NCBI GenBank assembly: GCA_002269645.1
Contig: NIVC01001711.1
Span: 62,001 to 126,000 of the forward strand
Length of the DNA: 64,000 nucleotides
Direction: 5' to 3'
DNA from: Macrostomum lignano
Taxonomy: Eukaryota
Positions 26,935-40,644 of the stretch are shown here, in pieces. The notes below the pieces were generated by a model. That model was not told the origin of the DNA, searched no databases, and saw only the letters and a program-made list of their open reading frames with translations. The first letter of the stretch is position 1. Each line of letters opens with the position of its first letter. Both the position numbers and the translations under genes were made by a program.

Positions 26935-28330
26935 CAGAGACATGCCCCCCCCGACAAAGACCTGGCTCCCCCCCCCCGACAAAGACCTGGCTCCCCCCCC
27001 CGACAAAGACCTGGCTCCCCCCGACAAAGACATGGCTCCCCCCCGACAAAGACATGGCTCCCCCCGACAAAGACATGGCTCCCCCCGACAAAGACATGGC
27101 TCCCCCCCGACAAATACATGGCCCCCCCCGACAAAGACATGGCTCCCCCCCCCGACAAAGACATGGCTCCCCCCCCCGACAAAGACATGGCCCCCCCCGA
27201 CAAAGACATGGCTCCCCCCTCCGACAAAGACATGGCTCCCCCCCCCGACAAAGACATGGCCCCCCCCCGACAAAGACAGGGCTCCCCCCTCCGACAAAGA
27301 CATGGCTCCCCCCCCGACAAAGACATGGCTCCCCCCGACAAAGACATGGCTCCCCCCGACAAAGACATGGCTCCCCCCCCGACAAATACATGGCCCCCCC
27401 GACAAAGACATGGCTCCCCCCCCCGACAAAGACATGGCTCCCCCCCCGACAAAGACATGGCCCCCCCCGACAAAGACATGGCTCCCCCCTCCGACAAAGA
27501 CATGGCTCCCCCCCCCGACAAAGACATGGCCCCCCCCCCGACAAAGACAGGGCTCCCCCTCCGACAAAGACATGGCTCCCCCCTCCGATAAAGACATGGC
27601 TCCCCCTCCGACAAAGACATGGCTCCCCCCCCTCCGACAAAGACATGGCTCCCCCCGACAATGACATGGCTCCCCCCTCCGACAAAGACATGGCTTCCCC
27701 CCGACAATGACATGGCTCCCCCTCCGACAAAGACATGGCTCCCCCCGACAATGACATGGCTCCCCCCGACAATGACATGGCTCCCCCTCCGACAGAGACA
27801 TGCCCCCCCCGACAAAGACATGGCTCCCCCGACAATGACATGGCTCCCCCCTCCGACAGAGACATGCCCCCCCGACAATGACATGGCTCCCCCGACAATG
27901 ACATGCCCCCCCCGACAAAGACATGGCGCCCCCTCCTGAAAAAGACATGGCGCCCCCCCCGACAAAGACATGACTCCTCCCCGACCCCGACAAAGACATG
28001 GCGCCCCCTCCTGAAAAAGACATGGCGCCCCCCCCCCGACAAAGACATGACTCCTCCCCGACCCCGACAAAGACATGGCGCCTGGCGCCCCCTCAAAGAC
28101 ATGGCGCCTGGCGCCCCCTCAAAGACATGGCGCCCCCCAAGGACAGGGCGCCCCCTAACAAAGACATATGGCGCCCCCCAAGACATGGCGCCCCCCAAAG
28201 ACATGGCGCCCCCCCCAAAGACATGGCGCCCCTCCAAAGACATGGCGCCCCCCAAAGACAGGGCGCCCCTAACAAAGACATGGCGCCCCCCCCCGGACAA
28301 CGACAAGACATGAAACCCTCCCCCGACAGA
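26935..28330. repeat. C-rich 20-22-bp minisatellite
   Basis: Unit GACAAAGACATGGCTCCCCCCC with variable C-run, drifting to ...ATGGCGCCCC toward the right end. Confidence 0.93.
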
Positions 28331-28507
28331 CATGGCAACACAAATGTTTCAAACTCACCAAATGCAAGGCAAAAATCTGTTGTCCAGAATTGAAAAATAG
28401 CTTTAACTGAAATTCAACCAAAGACATTGATTTAATAAACAGGATCCAAGCTTAAAGTACTCAAATCCTTTATGAGAATCAGAAGAAAGCTTCTCAGATC
28501 AACTCAC

Positions 28508-28680
28508 CCGCTGAGAGCAAATCCTTGAGCAAAACTGCCGCCGCCCACGTTTTGCCTTCTCATTCTGTCTCTTTTTTTCAAATCCCCTTTAAAACCCTTC
28601 GCCCCTGCCTCTCGGATCCCCGATTTTTCGTCCCCGCACTCGCACCGTCTCCTGCCCAGACAGCCAATCCGCTAAGCAGC
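28508..28680 (-). other. possible non-coding 5' exon of the GPCR
   Basis: GC-rich segment ending in a minus-strand donor CGG|GTGAGT at 28507. Several AG acceptors lie just upstream of ATG 26121. The 5' boundary is a guess. Confidence 0.25.
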
Positions 28681-29111
28681 AGCATCTAGAAAAGGTGAGC
28701 CCCGTCTGCTCAAAGGGAGACGGTAGAGATGGAGGAGTTCGAAGGAATGAAGACAGGAAGGAGTGCAGAGGGGGACAGGGAAACAGTGGAATTTGGCAGC
28801 CAATAGCAGTGCGGATGGGGGGGGTGGCCGAGTTTCACTTGTTTCAATTGCTTCCCCCCGTGTCTACATCAGCTCCCTGCCTTCACCCTGTGTTCCCCGC
28901 GCGTCTTTTTGAAGTCCCCGCTGCTCCCGATGAGTGCCTCTCGAAAGCGATGTCTGTGTGGGTGGGTGGGAGCGCAGCTAAGCAGCTTCTCCGTCACTCT
29001 GCCTCACTGCCGAGATGCGGAAAAACAATTTCTGAAAGGATTTCATTCCAAATATTCTAAAAATAGTTCTCTTGATTGTATCGCGTTTCTGTGTCTCTGC
29101 CTGCTAGAAGA

Positions 29112-29959
<848 letters not shown>

Positions 29960-30524
29960 CCCCAAGCCCTTAAAAACGAAGAGCTCGAAATCCGACAGCG
30001 CCTCGTGCATCTCTTTGATCCTTCGCGAAGAAAATGCTTACAGGATGAGATTAAAAACAGGGTGATTAAAGGCCGCTCTTCATTTAGCCCTCGAAAACAG
30101 CTTTTGCCTCATCACATCACCTCCAGCCTGTCCGGAGCCGGGGGGGGGGTTCGCGTGATGGGGATCTACAGATAGAGTCGCCATTAGCCTGGGATTAGCA
30201 CGCCACTTCCCTCTCTCCTCGCCCTCCTTCCTCAGTGATTCGATCTGCATGAAAATGGATATTAAATTTTTATTCATCTGGGCCATCACGAGATGGATTA
30301 AATAAGCTTTTAATCTGCCTAAAGAGCCTTCGAAAAAAGCAGTGGCTCTCCGTTGTCCGTTCAAGACTAAGAGTTGGGTAGCTGAGGCAGCTGAGAAAAC
30401 AGGATAAAATAGAATCGGATTTAGTTGCATTTAAAAAGATTTTTCTGGTTTTTGAAGGCCTCAAATTTCGATTTAAATGTGGCTTGGAAAATTACATATT
30501 TACCTGCCAGGTTTCGAGGGCACT

Positions 30525-32945
30525 CAGATCCCGCACTGTCTCACTCAGATCCCGCACTGTCTCACTCAGATCCCAAACTGTCTCACTCAGATCCCAAACT
30601 GTCTCACTCAGATCCTACACTGTCTCACTCAGATCCCACACTGTCTCACTCAGATCCCACACTGTCTCACTCAGATCCCACACTGTCTCACTCAGATCCC
30701 ACACTGTCTCACTCAGATCCCACACTGTCTCACTCAGATCCCAAACTGTCTCACTCAGATCCCACACTGTCTCACTCAGATCCCACACTGTCTAACTCAG
30801 ATCCCACACTGTCTCACTCAGATCCCACACTGTCTCACTCAGATCCCAAACTGTCTCACTCAGATCCCACACTGTCTCACTCAGATCCCGCACTGTCACT
30901 CAGATCCCACACTGTCTCACTCAGATCCCACACTGTCTCACTCAGATCCCACACTGTCTCACTCAGATCTCACACTGTCTCTCTCAGATCTCACACTGTC
31001 TCACTCAGATCTCACACTGTCTCTCTCAGATCTCACACTGTCTCACTCAGATCTCACACTGTCTCACTCAGATCCCGCACTGTCACTCAGATCCCACACT
31101 ATCACTCAGATCCCACACTGTCTCACTCAGATCCCACACTGTCTCACTCAGATCCCACACTGTCACTCAGATCCCACACTGTCACTCAGATCCCACACTG
31201 TCACTCAGATCCCACACTGTCACTCAGATCTCATACTGTCACTCAGATCCCACAGTGTCACTCAGATCCAATACTGTCACTCAAATCCCACACTGTCTCA
31301 CTCAGATCCCACACTGTCTCACTCAGATCCCAAACTGTCTCACTCAGATCCCACACTGTCTCACTCAGATCCCACACTGTCTAACTCAGATCCCACACTG
31401 TCTCACTCAGATCCCACACTGTCTCACTCAGATCCCAAACTGTCTCACTCAGATCCCACACTGTCTCACTCAGATCCCGCACTGTCACTCAGATCCCACA
31501 CTGTCTCACTCAGATCCCACACTGTCTCACTCAGATCCCACACTGTCTCACTCAGATCTCACACTGTCTCTCTCAGATCTCACACTGTCTCACTCAGATC
31601 TCACACTGTCTCTCTCAGATCTCACACTGTCTCACTCAGATCTCACACTGTCTCACTCAGATCCCGCACTGTCACTCAGATCCCACACTATCACTCAGAT
31701 CCCACACTGTCTCACTCAGATCCCACACTGTCTCACTCAGATCCCACACTGTCACTCAGATCCCACACTGTCACTCAGATCCCACACTGTCACTCAGATC
31801 CCACACTGTCACTCAGATCCCACACTGTCACTCAGATCCCACACTGTCACTCAGATCCCACACTGTCTCACTCAGATCCCACACTGTCTCACTCAGATCC
31901 CACACTGTCACTCAGATCCCACACTGTCACTCAGATCCCACACTGTCACTCAGATCCCACACTGTCACTCAGATCTCATACTGTCACTCAGATCCCACAG
32001 TGTCACTCAGATCCCACACTGTCACTCAGATCCCACACTGTCACTCAGATCCCACACTGTCACTCAGATCCCACACTGTCTCACTCAGATCCCACACTGT
32101 CACTCAGATCCCACACTGTCACTCAGATCCCACACTGTCACTCAGATCCCACACTGTCACTCAGATCTCATACGGTCACTCAGATCCCACAGTGTCACTC
32201 AGATCCCACACTGTCACTCAGATCCCACACTGTCACTCAGATCCCACACTGTCACTCAGATCTCATACTGTCACTCAGATCCCACAGTGTCACTCAGATC
32301 CAATACTGTCACTCAAATCCCACAGTGTCTCACTCAGATCTCACACTGTCTCACTCAGATCCCACACTGTCTCACTCAGATCTCACACTGTCTCACTCAG
32401 ATCTCACACTGTCTCACTCAGATCTCACACTGTCTCTCTCAGATCTCACACTGTCTCACTCAGATCTCACACTGTCTCACTCAGATCCCACACTGTCTCA
32501 CTCAGATCCCACACTGTCTCACTCAGATCCCACACTGTCTCACTCAGATCCCACACTGTCTCACTCAGATTCCACACTGTCACTCAGATCCCATACTGTC
32601 ACTCAGATCCCACACTGTCTCACTCAGATCCCACACTGTCTCACTCAGATCCCGCACTGTCACTCAGATCCCACACTATCACTCAGATCCCACACTGTCT
32701 CACTCAGATCCCACACTGTCTCACTCAGATCCCACACTGTCACTCAGATCCCACACTGTCTCACTCAGATCTCACACTGTCTCACTCAGATCCCACACTG
32801 TCTCACTCAGATTCCACACTGTCTCACTCAGATCCCACACTGTCTCACTCAGATCCCACACTGTCTCACTCAGATCCCACACTGTCACTCAGATCCCATA
32901 CTGTCACTCAGATCCCACACTGTCTCACTCAGATCCCACACTGTC
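30525..32945. repeat. 21/19-bp minisatellite with 589-bp internal duplication
   Basis: Units CACTCAGATCCCACACTGTCT and CACTCAGATCCCACACTGT. Variants TCTAAC (30791, 31380) and ACTATC (31098, 31687) recur 589 bp apart. Confidence 0.95.
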
Positions 32946-33283
32946 CCAAAGTGCTTCAAACAAAATTACAACCCGTCAGAGGGAGTTTCAGCAGCTACCT
33001 GCAGCCCGAACAATGCCATTTCATCTACGGGAAGTTAAAGCCGCTGCTATTCACTACTGCAGCGTGAGAAACAAAAAGCAGTCTGAAAGACCCCCCATCC
33101 ATCTGTCTGATTAAGTGGAGCCCTTGCTCACGGCTGATAATGACAGGATGCGGGACAAAGGAAGCATTCCATTAGTCTTTGCATTCGGCTGTCGCTCTTT
33201 CCCCACTCGCAGATGATGCCAGCTGACTGATGCGGCGCTCTGAGAGGCTGCGCCCTTCCTTTTTTCCGCACCTTCTGCACCTC

Positions 33284-33289
33284 TTTATT
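33284..33289 (-). terminator. candidate poly(A) signal of the FAD enzyme gene
   Basis: AATAAA on the minus strand about 105 nt after the stop. Confidence 0.4.
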
Positions 33290-33394
33290 GAACAGAAAAT
33301 GTTATTGAAAACGGAAAGCATGCCGTTCGGGAAATATGTTGCTCAAAGGTTTTTTTCACTTGTATTTTATCGCGACTTTAGAGGCCAGTCTCTT

Positions 33395-36300
33395 TCAGAT
33401 CTCTTTCAACCGATTCTCCAGCTCAGGAAAGGCCTTCAGCAGCAGCATTTTGTTATACTTCATGACGCTTTTCACCGAGTCAAACGACACGGAATGACCT
33501 GTGAACCAGGTGCGCCTGAAGCCCTGCACTTGGTCAAGGATTCGCCACAGAACCCCATCGGCAATTTCCGGTATGGTGTATCGAGGCATGTAGTTGAAGG
33601 TTATTGAGGCCAGGGTGTCGCCGCTAGCCAGCGGGTCGTGAGCTTCCGGTGCTGTCTGCAGGTCGCTGCTTGAGCCTTCCGCATTGGAGTAGCCTGACAG
33701 GTAGTAGGCTACGATGGTGGAGGAGGCTGGAGTCTCCGGGCTTCGATTGAAATCTGGCGAGTTCAGAGCCAGTTCGGAGTTGCGAATGGCCAGGAGGCGA
33801 TCGAGACTGGGGCTGCGGATTTCCGTGCGGGGGTTGATATTAGGAGGGTGCAGACTGTGAGTGGAGGGTGTAGACTGTGAGTGGAGGGTGCAGACTGTGA
33901 GTGGAGGGTGCAGACTGTGAGTGGAGGGTGCAGACTGTGAGTGGAGGGTGCAGACTGTGAGTGGAGGGTGCAGACTGTGAGTGGAGGGTGCAGACTGTGA
34001 GTGGAGGGTGCAGACTGTGAGTGGAGGGTGTAGAAAGTGAGTGGAGGGTGTAGACTGTGAGTGGAGGGTGTAGAATGTGAGTGGAGGGTTTTGATTGAAC
34101 CTAGATTCTCTGGCTTCTATAGAGAAAAGAAGAGCTGTCAACAATTGTGAATGGAGACGAGGCTAGAGAGAGATGGAGCTACTGCATGCAGATAATGAAT
34201 TTCCATCACATACTTCTCCATGTCCAGCTGGTCCAGGTAGTAGGCCACAGGGTAGGCCGCCACTTCCGGTTGACCGGAAAAGCGCACCAGCTTAGTCAGA
34301 AACTTTCTGGACTTCAGTCTGGAGAACACGTCCTTCTCAGCCGGGGTCAGGTCATCCAACAGGCCGCCCGTGACCGCCTGCGCGCTGGGAGTCCACACCA
34401 GCCAGTCCGCCGTCTCCATGCTGTTGTCAAGGAGTCGAATCTTGATGGGACGGCCGCCGCCGCCACCGCTCCTGCTGACACCAACGACACGACTGTTCAT
34501 GCGGAACTGCACACCGCCAGCCAGCTGGAGACGGTCGCGCGCCGACTCCCAGAAAGTCTGGGTGGATCGAATTCAATGATAACGATATGAAATGAGAGCT
34601 AAGATGGCCAGCTTACACTTTGGTGCTTTGGAGTGGGGTAGGAATTGAAGATAAGATCTCCAATGTACAGTCTAGCTTTGTTAGAATTGGAGTAGGGTAG
34701 GAATTGAAGATAAGATCTCCAATGTACAGTCTAGCCTTGGTGGCATTGGAGTGGGGTAGGAATTAAAGATAAGATCGCTAATGTACAGTCTAGCTTTGGT
34801 AGAATTGGAGTGGGGCAGGAATTGAAGATAAGATCTCCAATGTACAGTCTAGCTTTGGTGGCATTGGAGTGGGGTAGGAACTGAAGATAAGATCTCCAAT
34901 GTACAGTCTAGTTTTGGTAGAATTGGAGTGGGGCAGGAATTGAAGATAAGATCTCCAATGTACAGTCTAGCTTTAGCAGAATTGGAGAGGGGTAGGAATA
35001 GAAGATAAGATCTCCAATGTACAGTCTAGCTTTGGTAGAATTGGAGTGGGGTAGGAATAGAAGATAAGATCGCCAATTTACAGTCTATATAGCTTTGGTG
35101 GCATTGGAGTGGGGTAGGAATTGAAGATAAGATCGCCAATGTACAGTCTAGCTTTGGTAGAATTGGAGTGGGGTAGGAATTGAAGATAAGATCACCAATG
35201 TACAGTCTAGCTTTGGTGGCATTGGAGTGGGGTAGGAATTGAAGATAAGATCGCCAATGTACAGTCTAGCTTTGGTAGAATTGGAGTGGGGCAGGAATTG
35301 AAGATAAGATCGCCAATGTACAGTCTAGCTTTGGTGGTAATAGAGTGGGGGAGGAATCGAAATGGGTTGAAGATGGCAAGTAGAGCAATCTGTAATCACC
35401 TAATACAGAGCACAAGAATGGTCGGGCGCACCTGGAATCCCTTGCGCAACATGCCGAGCCTGGACTCCTTCCGGGGCACCAGCAGGTCAGTCAGGTAGGC
35501 CTCCGACATCCACATGAGTCCGTAGAGAGCGGACGTGTCGCTGGGGCTGCCGTAGCCCATGGCGGTCATGCCGAACAGAAAGTAGGGCTCCAGAGCCAGC
35601 AAGCCGTTCTTCTCCAGATAGCTGAGCGCGCTGCAGTTCAACTCGGCCAGCGCCTCGCTTGACGGCTCGGCCAGCGGGAACTCCAGGAAGTCCGGCTGCT
35701 GGGCCGGATAGAGCTTTGAGCGCAGGCGGATGTAGCGCTGACTGGCCTGCAGAATGTGCTGCTTGACCTCCTCATCGGATGCGTTGGGCGGCAGCGTTGG
35801 ATCCAGGCGTCGAACCCTGCCGAACACGAACTGCTCAAGGTCCATCTAGAAGTTGGAAAAGTTTCTTTCCTAACTTACGGATTTGCCACTTACTAGAGTA
35901 CACGCTCACACAGGGTGAATAGGGGCGCCAGCACCAGGAGCTTTAGCACCAGGGGCTTTAGCACCAGGGGCTTTAGCACCAAGGGGCTTTAGCACCAGGG
36001 GCGCCAGCACCAGGGGCGCCAGCACCAGGGGCTTTAGCACCAAGGGGCGCCAGCACCAGGGGCGCCAGCACCAGGGGCGCCAGCACCAGGGGCTTTAGCA
36101 CCAAGGGGCTTTAGCACCAGGGGCTTTAGCACCAAGGGGCTTTAGCACCAGGGGCGCCAGCACCAGGGGCGCCAGCACCAAGGGTGCCATCACCTGGGGC
36201 GCCAGCACCAGAAAAACTTGTGAACCAGCGCAGGATCAGAACAGCGCAAAATTCAGTGCTACTGAAAACTCGCAAGTTTCGAGTTCAGCTGACAGCTCAT

Positions 36301-36692
36301 ACCTGGCGAGCGGATGGCTCAGACGATTCTCTGATCACCGCGGCAGGCAGGGTGGCTTCATCCAGATCGTAGCCGATGCCCTGAGCCATGCGGCGCAGGT
36401 CTCGGTAGTCGCTGCTCACGTAGCAGGTGCCCAACTCGTGCGGCAGCGGGTCCGCCTCCGAGACCTTCAGCGTGACGGAGCGCCCGCCGACCCGGCCGGA
36501 GGACTCCAGCACAAGGAGATTCTTGAAGCCCAGACTGCGGAGCAGGTAGGCCATATGCATCCCGGCTGGGCCGGCGCCCACAATGGCCACCCTCGAAGAC
36601 CGGCTGGGCCGCTCGGCAGCTGTCGGCAGGCAGGCGGCGTCATGGTTGCTAAGCAACTGCAGCAGCAACAGCAGCAGCAGTGATGATCTCAT
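33395..36692 (-). CDS. secreted FAD-dependent oxidoreductase, polyunsaturated fatty acid isomerase (PAI/PFI)-like, 521 aa
   Basis: Exons 36692-36303, 35845-35432, 34557-34214, 33812-33395 (1566 nt; phases 0, 0, 2; donors GTATGA, GTGCGC, GTATGT). Signal peptide MRSSLLLLLLLQLLSNHDAA. Rossmann motif RVAIVGAGPAG...VLESSGRVGGRS...HELG. Central TAMGYG. C-terminal YMPR...QGFRRTWFTGHSVSF. The FAD-enzyme call is firm; the isomerase-family call is from recalled similarity. Confidence 0.85.
33843..34090. repeat. 20-bp intronic minisatellite
   Basis: Unit GTGAGTGGAGGGTGCAGACT. Confidence 0.92.
34600..35345. repeat. 59-bp intronic minisatellite
   Basis: Unit GAATTGGAGTGGGGTAGGAATTGAAGATAAGATCTCCAATGTACAGTCTAGCTTTGGTA. 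Confidence 0.92.
35915..36210. repeat. 15-bp intronic minisatellite
   Basis: AGCACCAGGGGCGCC and AGCACCAGGGGCTTT variants. Confidence 0.92.
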
Positions 36693-37284
36693 GCTTTATC
36701 ACTCGCTTTATAGTCTCTAAATCAGCTGTTAGGAATAATTGGTTTAAATGAGTACAATTAGCAGGCTAGCAAGCGCAAAACTCTGCTGTGAGAAAAGACT
36801 TAATAAGGGCCTATAAGTCGAGGCTCTTATCGGAAACCCCCCACCCCCTAATGCAGCAGCTCAATGGGCCGGCCCCTGCCATGTGTTATTGTTCCATTGT
36901 TTGAAGGCAAAATAATTTGTGACAGGAGTTGGCGATTATTTATGACTGATAATAAAATACTCACGATTCCAGAGTTCGACCGGATTGCCCCCCCCCCATG
37001 CGGGATTGCGTGCGCACTACTTGAAATTAATTCTGTCACTTTTTGCCAGGCGTTGTTGCTATTTATAGCTTTAGTTGACGTTTTACCGGCCCGCGAGATA
37101 TGGCATGAGTTCGTGGAGGATCGCGGCAAAATTTGAAGTGCCATGCACTTGATAAAAAAACTATTATGGCCGAGATTTGAAAAGCTGCACGAAATTATTC
37201 CACGGCTAATCGAACTGCTTGAAATCTGCGCAATTTTACCAGCAGGGATCGACTTTCGAAAAGCCAATGAAACAACAAATTAAT

Positions 37285-37470
37285 CGATTTAAATGATTTA
37301 ATCGATCGATTTTTATCGATTTTTATCGATTTTCATTGAATTTATCAATTTTCATCGAATTTATCTATTTTTTCGGACCTTTGAGATTTTTTCTCAGTTT
37401 TATCGATTCTTATCGATTTTTAGCGATTTTATCGATTTTTATTGACTTTCATCGATTTTATCGATTTTAT
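37285..37470. repeat. degenerate ATCGATTTT low-complexity repeat
   Basis: Direct reading. Confidence 0.7.
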
Positions 37471-37529
37471 TGAGCATATTCTTTAGCAGTTGCTAATCGG
37501 AGTCCAGATTCTGGGTTAGTTCGATGTGT

Positions 37530-37850
37530 TTTGTAATTTTTTTGCTAATGTAATTGCAAGACACGCACACGACTGCCCCTGAGCAGGCACACAAGCGCCC
37601 GGATACGTACGCAGTCATACGCACAGGCACACACTCACACAGGAGTGTACAGCGGCCCTAACTTTATTTACCGATAGACATGTACACTTCACTGTGATTT
37701 GGGGGTCGGCCTTCAAGGCCGTTAATTGCGCAAGCAGAGCCAAGCCAAGACTCCGATTTAGCCCCAAATTAATGTGACTGCACTGGGAATCGATCCTGGG
37801 CCGCTGGCACACCAGAACGCCGCTCTACTAGATCGCTGGGCTACGCCCCC
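37530..37850 (-). mobile_element. putative tRNA-derived SINE
   Basis: Minus-strand head GGGGCGTAGCCCAGCGATCTAGT...CCAGGATCGATTCCC carries A-box-like and B-box-like motifs at tRNA spacing. An A-rich stretch lies about 300 nt downstream. No intact cloverleaf. Confidence 0.4.
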
Positions 37851-38242
37851 ATAAAAGTGCAATTACCCCGCCCTAACTTAGCTGGGATTGACATAAACAC
37901 AAAAGCGATTAGCATCTAAATTTAGTTTGAAAGAATCTGAAATCAGATCCTCTCATGCAGCTCATGAAACTCAATGCCAATACAAAGGAATATTTTTCTT
38001 GGATAAAAGAAACATCCAGGCCAGGCATTGTGAGCTCACGCAAGTCTCCGCCTGACTGCTTCGGGCCAGGGCTGAGAGGGCCGAGTGGAGGGGAAGTCAG
38101 CCAAGCGTGCGCCTGCTGGCGACTCGAGCCTGACAGGGCAGAAGTTCGCGGGCTCGTCTGTCGCTGAACGGCACCGAATCCCAAGGGTGCAGAGAAAATT
38201 TGAATTTTAATACCATGAGACGCGTCCTTTTCAGCCTCAGTC

Positions 38243-38418
<176 letters not shown>

Positions 38419-39254
38419 CATCGATCTTCCCCTCTTTCCTTTCTGTGTCCCACTGCAAATCTCTGGTGAATTTTCGACAAAAGAGCTCAAATATAAATAG
38501 ACGCAATGAAAGGCCTAAAAAACGCAATGATAATTAGCAGGAGTCGAATTCCATTTTTGGCCTTCTACTAGCTTGTATTTCTGAAAAAAATCCGACTTTC
38601 TGAAAGGGGTGGTCGAATATCTGAATGCCTTACAAGCACATGAACTGTAAGTCTTAGGATTAGATATTGGGAAATTTATGTGTCCACAGAGTACTGAAAT
38701 CTACCCATCTCGCAAATGCATTCAGGCAGGGAAACTCGGCCTGAAACAAAACAGAGTAAGGAGTCCTTGTACTTGAGTTGTCCATCAGTGAGTATATTGC
38801 ACCCATGCAGCCAAATTACTTTTGCAGCGCATAAGCTGTCAAAATGACAAAACAAATATTTTCAAATCCATCGTCTTCCCACATATCAGCAGCTTTGCGC
38901 GCCTGAGGCTGCAGCGAATTATGAGAAGAACTGAACTCAAAATTTTTCGTTTGATTTTTCCCTCCTTTGCCCGGGTCTCCGCGTACAGCCCGAAGGAATT
39001 GCCAAGGCGCCCGAGACTGAGGCTGCAACTCGATCAAGGCGGGGCCCGTCGCCCACGCCTCTGTCTGGGGAGAGGAAATTGAAATTCAAAAAAAGAAAAA
39101 ACATGACACCGCTCGAACTGGGTGGCCGGGGCGCGTGTTCCTTGATGAGGAGAACAAGGGAGGATGGGGCGTTGACGCTGGTTGCTAATTAAACAGCCAG
39201 CATCTCTGACTCGGGGCGGAAGCCATATCATACTGGCGCATTTTGAGTCAATTT

Positions 39255-39570
39255 TGTCGTTGACTAGATTAGCAATCCATCTCATTCTTTCCTGTTGACT
39301 AGATTAGCAATCCATTTCCTACTTTCCTGTTGACTAGATTATCAATCCATTTCCTACTTTCCTGTTGACTAGATTAGCAATCCATTTCCTACTTTCCTGT
39401 TGACTAGATTAGCAATCCATTTCCTACTTTCCTGTTGACTAGATTATCAATCCATTTCATAATTTCCTGTTGACTAGATTAGCAATTCCATTTCATACTT
39501 TCTTGTTGAATATATAGATTCTTGTTGAATTTCATACATTCTTGTTGACTAGATTAGCAATCCATCCTGC
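39255..39570. repeat. 35-bp minisatellite
   Basis: Unit GTTGACTAGATTAGCAATCCATTTCCTACTTTCCT. Confidence 0.88.
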
Positions 39571-40644
39571 ATCTTTATACTCTGGCAGAAATTGAGACAG
39601 AGAAATCAGAAGCGAAGAACAACAATACGAGTATAAGCACATGCATAAGCAGAAATGGCATGCAAATGTAGATTGTCTCAGAAAGTGTTCAGACAGGCCA
39701 GCCGTGAGCACCTCTGAGATCTCAGCAGCGCCGGCAGGAGCTGTAGATCACCAGGAGGCAATAAATTAGAGGGGTCGGCCTTGTAGGGACGGGGAATTTA
39801 ATCAGTCCTGGGTCTGCTATGGATTTTGTACATGCGAGCTCACGCGGGGCGTCCCAGAGGCTGGCTGATATATAATTACCTCAATAGCCATAAAACACGA
39901 TTTCCAGTCTTTACAAGGCCGCCGATTCTTGTTTTTCCATCGATAAATAAAATTCCGCACTGACTACTTGCAACTGAGACTGGCAAAAAATTAATTAATT
40001 TGATAACTATGCGAGACAGACTGCACGTTTCTTTTGGCTCAAAGGTTGTTGGAAAAATTTATTGCAGAAAACCGCTGCATGGGAATTGCATATAGGACTC
40101 GCCATCTTCATTGGCTCCTGGTTTGGCAGTCCTGCGCCTTGATCATCAGTATATTAAACTCTCTAGCCCTTTCGACGATTTATAATTTCGAGCTTGTAAC
40201 AGCTAACCCTTTTTCGACTCACCGATATGTTACGTTAAACAATTTTTAAGGCAGTTTTTTCCACGAAGAAACGCATGCACTTTTGCGAGTGTTTCTTGAA
40301 AACAGAAACCTGCATCATTACGCTCGTAACAGGAAGCAGCACCTGGATCAGTTGGCGTGAATCAAAAGCTTCTGCGGCATTGCAGGAAATCTGAGGAATT
40401 TGCTTGGCTTCCAGAATGCACAAGTTAATTAACGCTGGCCCCGATCGTGCAGCCCTTTTCACAATAGCATGTAGCGGAAGTACTCGAAATTCAACAATTT
40501 CTGCAAACACGTCCAGCTCACTAATTGAATCCCAGCTACTCACTTGTCTGTTTTCAATCGATCCGAAGGGATCTATTTCCTTGCTTTGTTTGCTTCTAGG
40601 GGTCAGTTTCCGATATGTATAGTAAACATCATTTGTTTGTAAAA

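Noticed and set aside
30477-33114. Very long ORFs (853, 619, 355 aa) and similar ones at 26834-28333, 29057-30010, 42827-43273, 49406-50107, 52232-52852 and 54301-55227
   Set aside because: They are translations of tandem repeats that happen to lack stops. They are open in several frames, have no splice context, and most lie in introns or intergenic DNA.
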